Shown here piece by piece: positions 35,101 through 47,152 of a stretch of 64,000 nucleotides of DNA (the stretch's first letter is position 1; the number at the start of each line of letters is the position of its first letter). A program made the translations under genes and the position numbers. The notes beneath the pieces were generated by a model. It was given only the letters and a program-made list of their open reading frames with translations, did no database searches and was not told the DNA's origin. The stretch lies in the NCBI RefSeq assembly GCF_000143415.4, contig NW_003314295.1:463512-527511 (forward strand), given 5' to 3'. The DNA comes from Selaginella moellendorffii (lineage: Eukaryota > Plantae > Lycopodiophyta).

Positions 35101-38100
35101 CCGAAGGAAATGGAAATCCAGGAAGGGATAAGCATAAGCCTTCCCTAGAAATGGATTTCTTGCAGCCGTTCTTCCCAAAAGCGATTGGCTGAGCGTCGTG
35201 CGATGCCTTTGGCCATGGAAGCTCAGCCCGAAGATACTAGCCAAAAGCTGAAGACTGGCTATCTCTAAGTTCGTGGCTGCAAGGTAGGAGAGGTTGTACG
35301 AAACACTTGCCGGACCGGATACTTGGCCACCTTCTATCGCATTACCGCCAAATCTCTCAGTTCCCTGCTGCTGCCTGTTGGTTGATTCTTGAGGTGATGC
35401 AGGTACAGGATGAGGAACTCTCCCTGAGATACCTTGCCTCTGTGTGCAGAAAGGTATCAAGTTCCGCAAATCTTCTCTGACGTGCTTCAAATGGAAGAAA
35501 GCAGCTTCATAGTCTTTCTGAGGGATCATCTTCTTTTTGCTGAAACCATCGCCCTTGAGCAGCTTCATCAGCAGTCCTGTAACAGGATTCATCAAAAACT
35601 CCAGCAGTATTCGAGTTTTTCCCGGCAAAAGCAAGTTCTTCTCTCTGTCTGCCTTCCTCTGGATGAGCCCGATAGTTAGCCGAAGAAACGAGACGAGGTT
35701 TATAACCGGAATCTCCTCGCACTGCATACTTGGCAACCACCTCGGTAGCCAGCTTGAGAAAAGATCACCTGTGGGGTCTGATAAATCGCGAAACTCCAAA
35801 GGCTCCCAAACACTCCACAAAGACTCCTCCAGAAGATCCCAAGTGCAGTCATGGCAGGCGTCCACAACGACCCACTGTGAATAGCGTCGAATGAACTCCC
35901 AGTTCTTGTCGATCAGCGTGTTCCACAGGAGATTATCCAGTTCCCTTTGCCTACAGTGCGAATTCTGCATGCATATAGCGAATAGCCGTAGAATGTTTTG
36001 CATAACTAGGAGCTCTCCGCCGCCCCACGAAGCTGGACCTTCGGAAGAAGAAAGCAAGTGTAAAACTGCACCCACCTCTGCTCCGCAACGCTGAAATACT
36101 AGCAGTGCACCACCTTCCTCTGGCCATTTGCAAGCAAAGGAGCTTAGAACCTGCAGGAGTGATCCGAGCGCGACCCACACCTCCCAGAGCGACAGCATCT
36201 GTTCTGTCTGCTTCCCATCGTTTTCCATGACCCTGGCTTTGTGGTCTGACAAAGTGGCCTTGATCCTCGACTGAATCTCCGAAAGCATCAAAACTGGATA
36301 TCTGCTACCTTGAGACTTGTGCTCATCGGACTCGTCGAGTACGTGGATTATCTGAAAGATATGCTCGTGTGCCTTCTCCGGAGAGCCATCACAAACTGTC
36401 CGCAACAATTCTTCGACAAACGAGCTAATCAGTAGCAGCTTACGTGGTCCTTTGAACTCTTGTACAAGCTTTCGTCTTGTCTGTGCTAAAGAAGAGCTTC
36501 TGTTGGTAAGCATCACAGCCGCTGCAGATAGAAGATGACATATGACAGCTGATGCCTTAGTCGAGTTGGATGAGACCTCCTTTGTACCACCCCGAGGGAG
36601 CATTAGCCTGAAAGCTTTACTTGCCTTCAAACTGGTCTTTTTTCCACCTGATCTGCCGCTATTCGGAAGTGGGAATCCTTTTACGGTTGAAACAGCTCCT
36701 ACTCTCTTTAATACCAGCTTCAATAGCACCTTGGCAAATCCACTTGACTGGAAAGAGCTTTTAAAAGTAGCTACTTGTTGTCCTTGAAGAATTGCGTTTA
36801 TCCCGCTTGACGAAAACGGACAGAATGCCACAGTGGCTGAATGATCTTCATCGCTTGTATCCGGAGCAGCACCGACAACAGGATAAGAATGCATCACTCT
36901 ATCTTGCTCCAGAACCTCTCCTGGAAGATCACCGCAAGGAGAGACTTCCCCGCGACTTCCTTCGAAGTAGTAAACTTGAAGGAGATCGATAACAGCATCC
37001 ACTGCTGTCCCAGCTATCAGATCAGCAAAAACAGCTGCAGCGATCGAGGATCCATGAACAACAGCAGATAGCATGTTGCTGAGATGCACCATTTTTTCAA
37101 GGTTTTCCACTTCCCTGCTACTATCCTGTCCTTCCTTCCCCTCTACATGAATAGAAAACATTTCCTGGTCACTGTTCTTACCTGCACTGCTATGTCTACA
37201 CACCGAGTCTAGAATGCTGCTAACTGCGTCCTCCAAATGCGTGAGGAGAAAAGCACCTATACTGCTACTAGCTTCACCTGGAATAACCTCTATAACCTTT
37301 AAAAACGCTTCTACCACCTTGCTCGCACCTCTTCCCCCTGAGTCGACAACTAGCAATGCCTCTTCTAACAGTCTCTCTAAAAACCTTCTGTCTAGCCATT
37401 CTAAAAGCCTCAGCCATCCGTTGTTCTGCACACTAAACGAGCCACAGCACTTGGACGAAGCGTAAACCCCGTCAGAACCTGTCTCGTGGAAAGTATTCCA
37501 GTTGATTGCCGTGTCCCGAGCACTTGGCACAATGCCTCTAACGCTTTGTCCAATAACGTTTTCGGCGCCATTTTCATGCATTCCACCCAGCAGCAACTCC
37601 ACCAGAGCTGCTAGGCCTTGGCGTCTTTCTTTGACGCTGGAAACCTGTAGCTTTGACAGTGCCGACTGCTCTTCCTTTGAAAGACGAGCACTAGGAAACA
37701 TGCCACTCGACTTACACTCGAACAGTGTCATCCCCGAAATGAAAAAGATGAACTTCACCTTGTGTCCAGCTTCTTTCCAAGAGTTAACGAGGCAGTCAAG
37801 AAACCCGCGAACTGCAACGCCACCTACAAAACCTTCCTTTTCCACGTAAAAGTTGTTGAAGACAATGGCACCAAGAGTACCGATCCGCCGTGCATCCTGT
37901 TCCATTGAAACACTGTCCCATAGCTCCCACTCGTGCACCTGAAAAGCCTTCTCCGAATAAAAACTGACACCCGAACTCTCGCGTGACGTATCCACCGAGA
38001 ACCTGCCCTTACCGATTTTCAGCTTCCCCTCCGAGCAATCGAACCTCATAATAGTCCATCTCAAGTCCCGGGTCATCACTAGCAAATCCACACCTTCAAA

Positions 38101-38760
38101 CGTCAACACAAATGGAAAATGGGCCAGCCAGCACGAAAAGTCCAAGTGCCGAAATCCGACATCCGCAAAGTTTGTGCTGTCTACCAGTTGTCTCAGAACT
38201 ATCTGAAACTCCGCTAAAACTCCTCCAGGCTCGACCATGCACAAGAGCTGATGGAACGCTGTAGCAGGCATGATGAGCAACCACTTGACGAACAGACTAT
38301 GAACTTCGGTGCCACCGCCTTTCTCTCGCAACTCAAACCTGGACTTCCTGTAGGCGGCCAGAACAACAAAAGTCCCGGCCAAGATCGTCAAGTAGCTCGC
38401 AGTTACTGCTCGGAACCTGTATGCCAGCTTCACCTGGCTTGTAAAAAACTCCTCGCCACTGCTTGGAACGATCCCTCTAGTCAGCCTGTCATCACTGATC
38501 TCAACCCAAAGACAACAGGACGCGGGGCCAGAGACTTTGAGCCACTTCTCAATCCCTTCCTTGGAGCCGACCAAAACTCTAACCAAAACTGGCTCTTTGG
38601 AAACCCGTGCCTCGCTAAAGAATTCCCTGATCCTGCTCTTGTTTCGAAACAAGCAAGCCTGAAGAGCGCTTTCCTCCCTCTCCGGAAAAATGATCCCTTC
38701 CGAGAGACCGGGAATGGCATCGCTACCACCCGCAGAAAAAGCCAGCCATGGCTCCACCAT
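32177..38760 (-). CDS. Very large Ser/Thr protein kinase (~2000 aa; long N-terminal region, C-terminal non-RD kinase domain); may extend 5' to ATG 39047
   Basis: 1645-codon open exon, then spliced exons with RIAHGAFAQV, VVLKTV, VVHYDLKCDNVLL, LADFGQS, NRGTEYVKSPEML, DVWGLGCLLYELL, DPCRRPTL. Confidence 0.85.
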
Positions 38761-39251
38761 GGCTTTCCTGCGCCGCCAGTCACAACCTGCTCAGTAGCTG
38801 CCAAGACCAAAACCTGTTCTTCGATCGAATGCCGGGAGCCCAGGAATCCAACACTAGGAAACTAAAGCCTGGCAAGAATATCGTCATGTAGCGGCCCGAT
38901 ATCCTCATCCAACGCGGCTGGAGCAAACGAGAACAGATTTCAGCTTATGGCAGCTTCCAATCCAATCGAGAGGCGAGCTCATACCTCAATGCCGATGAAA
39001 TCCTGCCTTCTCCGCGGCATCCAGTCGCCCCGCCGCGGCAGTCCCATGGGGATCGCTCGCAATCCTGCCTCTTTGCAACAAACCCTAGAATCGCCAGGCG
39101 AATCGAGGCCGTCCGTTTGAAGATAGCGGGAATTTCAAAGGCACGGGATTTAAGCAGTTAGCTGGTGCCATGTGTCTACTTCCCGCGATTTTTCTTTTCT
39201 TTCTGCCGGTGTTCTTCATCTAGGCCATGCCCTGTCAAATTTTCCACATCG

Positions 39252-40478
39252 ATGGCGCTAGGGTTAGGGGTTCAAGCGTTCTCCCCGCGCGGGGCGATCT
39301 CGATTGCTTCTACGTCGCTGGTGGAGGAGAAGCGAGGATCAGCGATTCCGGAGCGCCAGTGCGAGCGCGTAGCATTCGCGAGAAGAATCTCTCCGCATGA
39401 ACTTTTGCAGCTATGCTCGTCAAGAGAAAGAGAGAATGCCGTGGGAGTGAGGTTTAGAAGGAGAAAGAGAAATGTGATTGCCGCGGGAGCGCCAGCGCCT
39501 CCACCTCCATCGCAGGTATGGTTGAATTATTTTTATTTTTCCAGACTATAGATTTTAACTTGCATAAGTATCAGATAGATCGGCCTTTGGTGGGTAGCAT
39601 GGCACCAAACTTTGAAGCCGAGGCTGTCCATCACCAAGAGTTTATCAAGGTACAAAACTGTCTACATGTTTTCCAAAAATTCGTTTGAAGTTTTTTCTTG
39701 GCAGGTCAAGCTTTCCAATTACATTGGAAAGAAGTTCGTCGTTCTTTTCTTCTACCCCCTCAATTTCACCTTCGTCTGCCCGACAGGTATCTAGCTTTTT
39801 CTTTGAAACTTTGTTTCATTCTCTGCGTGTGTGTTTTCAACAGAGCTAACAGCGTTCAGCGATCGGTATGGTGAGTTTCAAAAGCTCGACACTGAGGTGC
39901 TCGCAGTATCATCCGACAGTGTAGTAAGCTCAAAATCCATTTTTCCTTGTCACTGGTTCTGTCCTTGACATTTTCCTTCCAGTTCTCTCACCTAGCGTGG
40001 ATCCAAACTGACCGGAAGTCTGGGGGACTTGGGGAACTCAATTACCCAGTTGTTTCGGATCTGACCAAGGCAATCACCAAAGCCTATCGCGTGTTGCTAC
40101 CCGACCAGGTCTTTCTATTCACTCGCCGATCACACTCATAGAACATAAGAGGCAAGGCAAAAACACATTTTTAAGTCTCTCGCAACTAACCTTTGCATAA
40201 AAACCACAGGGTATTTCCTTGAGAGGATTGTTTATAATCGACAAGGAAGGCATCGTTCAGCATGCTACAATCAACAATCTTGCTGTTGGGCGCAACGTTG
40301 ACGAGGCCCTCAGGCTTGTCCAGGTAACTTCACTCGTTTATATGTTTCATGTCGACAAAATCGTTTCTTTCAGGCTGTCCAATACGTGAAAGTGCATCCG
40401 GACGAGCTATGTCCAGCGGGCTGGCAGCCTGGGGAGCACGGGATTAAACCAGATCCAAAGCACTTTGCTGCTGTCTAA
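39252..40478 (+). CDS. Plastid 2-Cys peroxiredoxin (BAS1-like), multi-exon
   Basis: Transit-peptide-like N-terminus; [20 protein letters not shown]...[35 protein letters not shown]. Confidence 0.93.
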
Positions 40479-40842
40479 AGCCGGGTTTCTTTCTTCCTTT
40501 TGGCTCTCGCAACACCAGGTAATACGCTCTCATCTCACATGAAAAGCTTTACAGCAAAAGCTCTGCAGATTTGTCGTGCGTGCCGTGCTGAATAGAAAAG
40601 CATCAAGTGGAGAAGGCTCACGTTGCAAAAGTTGGATGCCTGTCAAGGCTGCTGGATGCGATAGTACTTTTGTTTTTCTCCTCTCGAGTGAGGAGCTTCC
40701 CTTTGTTCTTTCTATGAGAGAGAAATTGTGCAAACAAAGAAATCCAAGAGAATGATCAAAAGTTAGCATTAAAAGCAATGGAATCCAGAATGGCATTGGC
40801 AAGCTGGCCTGGGCATCTTCTTAATTGTTCGTCACCCTGTAG

Positions 40843-40853
40843 GGAATCGAACC
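40843..40853 (-). promoter_or_regulatory. Solitary B-box-like motif
   Basis: GGAATCGAACC, reverse complement GGTTCGATTCC; no cloverleaf around it. Confidence 0.3.
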
Positions 40854-41438
40854 TGGGTGGAGTCATTTAAAAGCGCCCATGGCTAGGGCAAAGAAAATTT
40901 AATACGGGGCAATTTTTTTTGTTACTGGCAGAGGGGGGAGGGGACGATAGCTGCGCTCGCGCTGCGAATGGAGGCGCTGGTTCTCGCATCATCCACATCG
41001 CCGCTGCGGATCTTCTCCATTTCCTCCTCGTCCTCGCCGCTGGCTATGCCGTTGTGGAGGAGCGCGCCGCCGATGTTGCTGCTGCCGTTGCTGGACGGGT
41101 TCTTTGGCGCCAGGAGCGCGGCGATTAGGTCAAGCGGGCGGGCGTGAGGGAGGATTCGCGCAATGCACAAGAGGTACACGCAGATGGGCCGGGAGCAAAT
41201 GCTGCTGCCCAATTTATTATAGTTACCACAGGGGGAAAGAGAGGAAGAGATTGTAGTCTATCATAGGCTATAGTTCCTTGATTTTTTCTTCATTCTGGTA
41301 GAGGATTCTGGTAGAGGCAGCGGCGGGGTTAATCCGGGCTATAGTTTCTAATGGGTTAGGCCTGGGAAGAAAGAAAAAAACAAAGAGACAAGGGGAGATA
41401 GCGAGAAAAACTGGGTGTTAGATGATGGAGATAGGAGC

Positions 41439-42510
41439 ATGCAGGAGGTGCACGGGAGCATTGTGACACCAACACTGGTTTTGTCGCTGCTGGATTTGGA
41501 TCCGAGCAGCAAGAACAGGTTGGAGGGGTGGCACTCTCCCGAGAGGCCCGACGAAGACGACGAGCTCGACTCACACGAAGACGAAGAAGAAGAAGAAGAA
41601 GAAGAAGTGGACGAAGGATTGGGAGTTTTGGTAGCGAACACAAAGTGTGTGCTCGCTGGCTTCCAAAAGGAGACGTGGGTGCTCCCACTTGCTGGGCTCC
41701 TGTTGCTGCTGGGGTGCCGGGGACGAGACGACACCCATCGCTACGAGCTCCAGCAATCCGTCGTCCGCCAAGGTGGAAAATCCCGCGGGCCGTGGAGGTG
41801 GCGGCGGTGGCGGCAGCAGCAGCAGCAGCAGCAGCAGCACGGGGGAGTCGCCTATGCCGCCGTCGGCGCAGCCATCGTCCATGCCACCTCCGATTCCAGT
41901 TCCAGCGTTCCTCAGCAGCGACGAGCCCGTGCACCCGACCAATGGCGAGCGGAACTCGTCGGCGGCGTCGTCCGAGAGTGCTGGCGGGGACGCTGCCGGA
42001 GGAGGAGGAGAAGAAGGCGAAGTGAAGAAGGAGGTGGCGCGGCTGCCCGAAGTGAAACCGGGGCCGGGAGGAATCCGGAGGAAGAGATCAGGTGTTTTGG
42101 CCAAGAGGAAGATTACGTGGGTGGATGATCACGGAGTGGACATAGCTCAGATCAAGGAGTTCGAGCCCAGGTACAGCTCTTCTTCCTTTTTTCTTGTTTT
42201 TTTTCTTCCCTTTTTCTCTCTTTTTTTTGCTGCGATTGCTTCTTTCTTTTGGTGGTTGTTCTTGTTTGACTCTTACTCTCTGCGTCAAGATTCCGTCAGC
42301 TTTAGTGGGCTGGTCTGGACGTTCTTGTTTTGACTCGGGGATTTTCCTTTTCCGTTCTCCACTGTTCTTGCTCTTTTACCTTTTATCCGTTCCCAGCTTT
42401 TTGGGTGTTTTCGTTGGTGTTCTTAGAAGTTTTAGTGCAGTGACTCCGAGGACTCCGATGAAGAGGGCGATGACGAATCCCCCCAGTCGTGCTCCTGCGT
42501 TATACAATAG
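41439..42510 (+). CDS. Small plant protein with PP1-docking-like KITW motif and C-terminal CaaX (SCSCVIQ); 5' structure uncertain (frame change near 41650)
   Basis: KRKITWVDDHGVDIAQIKEFEPS, intron 42171-42440, then DSEDSDEEGDDESPQSCSCVIQ*. Confidence 0.7.
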
Positions 42511-42808
42511 CATCGAATTTTCGCTGGAGCAATTGACACCAAGAACAAGAGAGCTAAACTTTTTTCTGGGACTGGAAGAGGAACAAAACGATCAAAGCCA
42601 CCGGGACGGTCGCTCTGTATATTGGCTGTATTTCTACTGGCGCACCCGTCCGGGCTCACTACTTATCGCATTCCTCAAAACGCTGAGAAATTTTTTGTAC
42701 GGGTCTTGTAATGTTCGTACGTTACCTTGCCAACCCTAAAACATCAATTATAAATGGGCCCAGTGTCCTTTAATTGCCGCCGACAACCTCCTCTCGTTCT
42801 AGAGAGCT

Positions 42809-44296
42809 ATGGCTGCTGCTACTCTCGCGCACATCGTCGCAGTGCCCATTCTGCTCCAGGGCCACATCGCGCCCATGCTCCACCTCGCCCACGCCATCGC
42901 TCGCACCGGCAGGGCGATCGTGTCGTTCATCACCGCGGAATCTCACGCGCGGGTGCTCGCCGGATCCAAGCACTCGTGGTACTGGCAGGGGATTGACGAG
43001 TCGCGGCTGCGATTCCTGGGATTACCCGACTCGAGCGCTCGCAGTGGGCAGGGCGAGTGGATCGACGAGCAGGGACGCTGGCGGGGCGGCATGGACGCAT
43101 TCGCTGGCGCGATGACGGGGCATATGGCAATGGAGGCGACCCTGGCGGCGACGATCGAGGGCTTGGAATCAGTCGATTGCTTCATCTCGGATTCTCTCTC
43201 GCCGGTGCTCGATCCAATCGCTTCCAAGCTCGGGATTCCTTTGGCGGCGCTCTGGACTGGGTCAGCATCACTGTTCGCGTTGTATCTCGACATCCAAAGT
43301 CTCGTCGACAATGGGTATATTCCAGTGCAAGGTAGAGAATCTTTTTGAATTTAAAAACTGTTTCAAAGAGTTGTTCTAGGCGGGAAATCGAGCGAGCGGG
43401 TGATAAGAGGAGTTCCTGGAATTCGGGAGCTGCAAGTCACTGATCTTCCAACTACTCTCTACACGGATCAAATCGATCCTGGATACCAGAAAGCCTACAT
43501 CGCGATGGCCAGGCTCAGGGAGGTCCAATTCGCAATAGTGAATGCTTGCGAGGGGCTAGAGGGCGAGGTGTTGGCGGAGATCAGGAAGAGTCACCCAAAT
43601 CTCCTTCCAGTCGGGCCTCTCGTCAAGATCCCTGGCGACGCTGATGACAATCACGGCCCCTTGAACAGCTCGAATGTAGGGCTGTGGGACGAGAATCACG
43701 ACTGCATTACCTGGCTGGATTCCAGAGCACAGCACTCGGTCATCTACATCTCATTCGGGAGCATGAGCGACTTTCGATTCGAGGAGATCGAGAGCATCGG
43801 GCAGGGGATTGCAGCCACCGGGCGATCATTCCTGTGGGTTCTTCGCGAGGAGCTCGTGAGGGACATGCCGGAAGATTTCGTCAAGATGTTTGCGAGAAGG
43901 ACGAAGGAACAGGGGATGGTCATCCCGTGGTCACCGCAATCCCAGGTTCTAAACCACAAGGCCGTGGGAGGATTCTTCACCCATTGCGGCTGGAGTTCGT
44001 GCATGGAAGCCATCCTCGCTGGAGTTCCCATGCTTGCGCTGCCCCGGTTTGTGGATCAAATGTTCAATGCCAAGGTGGTTTGCGACGATTGGGAGGTGGG
44101 ACTGCGGATGATCCCAAAGGGCGATGTTGATGGAGTCGTGAGTAGGGACCGCGTGGAAGTGGGGATCAATGCGCTGGTGGAGAAAGGTGGCGAGCTGAGG
44201 AGCCGCGCGATGGAGTTGCGCAAGAAGGTCGGAGCTGGATCACGCGAATCGATCGAGGGGTTCATCGACTCGATTGTGGAAAGGAGGAAGGACTGA
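42809..44296 (+). CDS. Family-1 UDP-glycosyltransferase (one intron, ~43332-43379)
   Basis: HIVAVPILLQGHIAPMLHLA; PSPG box WSPQSQVLNHKAVGGFFTHCGWSSCMEAILAGVPMLALPRFVDQ; TATAAAT at 42749. Confidence 0.95.
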
Positions 44297-44367
44297 CAGT
44301 TTGTTTGGTATCAAAGCAAACTAATCCTCGAGTGGGAGTGTGCCACAAATGAAATGGTATCGATCAA

Positions 44368-46515
44368 ATGAAGCACAACACTCGAGAGAAGTGGCTGGAA
44401 CTCATCGAGAATTGTGACAATTTTTCTACTGCCCGGCGCATTCACTCGGGAGTCCTTGGCCAACACTCGCATCTTGATGTTTTCGTGCTCAACAAGCTTG
44501 TGGGCATGTATGGCAGATGCGGTAGCCTAGCGCACGCCCGAGAGGTTTTCGATGCCATTGCTGCCAAGGACGCCTTCTCCTGGCAACTCCTGCTATCAGC
44601 CTGTGCCCGCAATGGAGCGCTCGGGCAAGCCAGAGAAGTTTTTCTCCAGATGCCTGACAAAGATTTGGTATCCTGGAATTTGCTGCTGGGAGCAAATTCT
44701 AAACACGGATCTCTCGAAGATACCAGGAAGACCTTCGATTCCATGCCGCAGTGGGATTGTTTCTCGTGGACCATCTTGCTCAATGTATATGCCCAAGCGG
44801 GGGATCTGGAAGACGTTAAGAAGATCTTTGATAGCATTCCAGTTAAAAACATCTTCATGTGGAGCACTATGATCAAGGCATTTCATAAAGATGGTGATGC
44901 TGCAAACGCGCAGAAGTGTTTCCACCACATTCCATTGCATAACCTTATAATCTGGAATGCGATGCTTACAGCTCATGCCCAAAGTGGGCATCTAGTAGAA
45001 GCGAGAAAGATATACGAGCAGTTTCCGGAATGGAATCTTGAGTCCTGGAATATAATCCTGGCCGCGTACGCCAGGAATGGTAAGCCGATGGAGGTGCGTA
45101 AAGTGTTTGAATCCATGGAGCAACGGAATCTAGTGTCTTGGAACTCCCTTCTTTGGGCATATGCCCAAGGCGGGCATCTAAGAGAGGCCAGGCGAGTGTT
45201 CCAATCAATGCCAGAGAGGGATCTCATCTCCTGGAACACGCTGCTCGATGCGCACTGCCAGCACGCCGGATCGATTGACGAGGCGAGGCTGCTGTTCGAT
45301 ACGATGTCACATCGCGACGCGGTGTCATGGAATTCGATCGTCGCGGGGTACGCGCGGGCTGGCAATCCCGAGGAATCCAAGCGTCTGTTCGATAGGGCTC
45401 CTCAGCTGGATCTTAAGATCTGTACCACGATGGTAGCGGCGCTGGCAGAGAGCGGCCAGATCCAAGAAGCCCGGGCGCTCTTCGATGGGATCCTCGAGAA
45501 GGATTTGGCGCTCTGGAACGCTCTGCTCGCTGGCTGTTGCCTGCGTTCGCAATCGCTGGACGAAGCGCTGGAAATCTTCAATGCGATGCCGCGGGTGAAT
45601 CTCTCATCGTGCTCGTCCCTGCTCTCGTGCTACTCTCGATTCGGGGAGCTGGAGCGCGTCAAGCAGTTCTTCGATCGAATGCCGCAGCAAAATCTCGTGT
45701 CCTGGAGTTGCATGCTACTCGCGTATGCGCAGAACGATCGCCTGGATCACGCCAGGAGCTTGTTCGATCGGATTCCAGAGCGGGACCTCGTGTGCTGGAA
45801 TTCGATCTTGGGAGCGTATGCCGGCAGTGGCGATCTGCACGAATGCCGCAAGATCTTCCAAGAAATCCCGGATCCAAGCGTGACCTCCTGGACATCGCTA
45901 CTCACCGCCTTCGCGATCCAAGGGCATCTCGCGGAAGCCAAAGAGCTCTTCGATCGATGCCCCAATCGAGACACGATCATCTGGAACGCGCTGCTGGCGG
46001 CGTACGCGACCAGCGGGCGACCAGCGCTGGCGATGGATCTGTTCGCCAAAATGCCCGATCAAACGCCCATCGCTTGGACTTCCTTGCTAGCAGCACTTGC
46101 CGCGAGGGGGCATATTTTAAGATGCGAGGAATCCTTCGCGGCGATGAAAACTCTCCACGCCCCTGGGGAGGCGTGCTTCGTGCTGGCGCTGGCGGCGTCT
46201 GGGCACGGGGGTCGCGTGTTCGATTCGCGCCGCCACTTCCAGTCAATGGTGGCTGACTTTGACCTGGAACCCCGAAAGCAGCACTACAGCTGCATGGTGG
46301 ACGCGCTGGCCAGGGCGGGCTACTTGGACGACGCGATGGAGCTCCTGGAGAATATGCCTTACCGCCCGGATACCGTCGATTCGATGTGCTTCCTGGCCGC
46401 GTGTAGGAGCCACCATGGCGACCGCCCCCTTCGTCTTCTCCACGAGGGCGACAAAGAATCGTCCACTTACGCGCTCCTGGCTAGCATTTCCAGCTCTAGA
46501 GTCACTGCTCCTTGA
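44368..46515 (+). CDS. PLS-type PPR protein rich in short (S/SS) repeats, with E-like tail
   Basis: ~31-aa repeats (MPERDLISWN), HYSCMVDALARAG...MPYRPD. Confidence 0.9.
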   Translation: MKHNTREKWLELIENCDNFSTARRIHSGVLGQHSHLDVFVLNKLVGMYGRCGSLAHAREVFDAIAAKDAFSWQLLLSACARNGALGQAREVFLQMPDKDLVSWNLLLGANSKHGSLEDTRKTFDSMPQWDCFSWTILLNVYAQAGDLEDVKKIFDSIPVKNIFMWSTMIKAFHKDGDAANAQKCFHHIPLHNLIIWNAMLTAHAQSGHLVEARKIYEQFPEWNLESWNIILAAYARNGKPMEVRKVFESMEQRNLVSWNSLLWAYAQGGHLREARRVFQSMPERDLISWNTLLDAHCQHAGSIDEARLLFDTMSHRDAVSWNSIVAGYARAGNPEESKRLFDRAPQLDLKICTTMVAALAESGQIQEARALFDGILEKDLALWNALLAGCCLRSQSLDEALEIFNAMPRVNLSSCSSLLSCYSRFGELERVKQFFDRMPQQNLVSWSCMLLAYAQNDRLDHARSLFDRIPERDLVCWNSILGAYAGSGDLHECRKIFQEIPDPSVTSWTSLLTAFAIQGHLAEAKELFDRCPNRDTIIWNALLAAYATSGRPALAMDLFAKMPDQTPIAWTSLLAALAARGHILRCEESFAAMKTLHAPGEACFVLALAASGHGGRVFDSRRHFQSMVADFDLEPRKQHYSCMVDALARAGYLDDAMELLENMPYRPDTVDSMCFLAACRSHHGDRPLRLLHEGDKESSTYALLASISSSRVTAP

Positions 46516-46581
46516 TAGCAATCGATGGTATTTATGGATTAGAGGGACAAGGATCTCCGATCCATGAATTTGTCTAGATGA

Positions 46582-47001
46582 TCAGGGTTTCTTGGACGAG
46601 GCCTCCTCCTCCCGGTCGACCACGGCGTGGAGCAAGCTATCGTCGCCCACGACCATCTCCATGGGCGAGCTGCCGAGGCCGTCGGCCACGGCCAGCAAGA
46701 TCTGCTTGAGCTGCTCGCGGAACTCGGCGAGATCCACCTTGCCGTCGTGATCCATGTCGAACATCTCGAACGCCGACTGGTAGAGCGCATTGAGCTCCTC
46801 GGGGGTCTTGCTCACCGGGAATCCGCCCACAGTCTCGAGGAGATTGAGGCGCTCCAGCGCGACGCGGAGCTCCGAGCGCGAGAGGACGCCGTCGTTGTTG
46901 ACATCCAGCTCCTTGAACTGGGGATCCACGGCCTTGATCAGCGCCGCCTCGTCCAGCGCGAAGTTGCGCACAGCGTTTCCATCCAACAGCACCACGCCCA
47001 T
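46582..47001 (-). CDS. Two-EF-hand calcium-binding protein
   Basis: MGVVLLDG...DVNNDGVLSRSE...DMDHDGKVDLAE...LAVADGLGSSP. Confidence 0.9.
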   Translation of the reverse strand: MGVVLLDGNAVRNFALDEAALIKAVDPQFKELDVNNDGVLSRSELRVALERLNLLETVGGFPVSKTPEELNALYQSAFEMFDMDHDGKVDLAEFREQLKQILLAVADGLGSSPMEMVVGDDSLLHAVVDREEEASSKKP

Positions 47002-47092
47002 CGCCAAAAGCACCAAAGCACACAAACCTTGAGAATCCTGGCCTCTTAACCGTTAGATAGTGTCGCTAATGCGAATATGCCCTAAATTTCGC

Positions 47093-47136
47093 GCCACGTG
47101 GCATTTAAAAAGTTTCCTTTGACATTTCTAGGGTTT
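47093..47136. promoter_or_regulatory. G-box and telo-box in 150-bp divergent promoter
   Basis: GCCACGTGGC 47093-47102; CTAGGGTTT ~47128-47136. Confidence 0.5.
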
Positions 47137-47152
47137 GCCCGCGCGATTGGCT

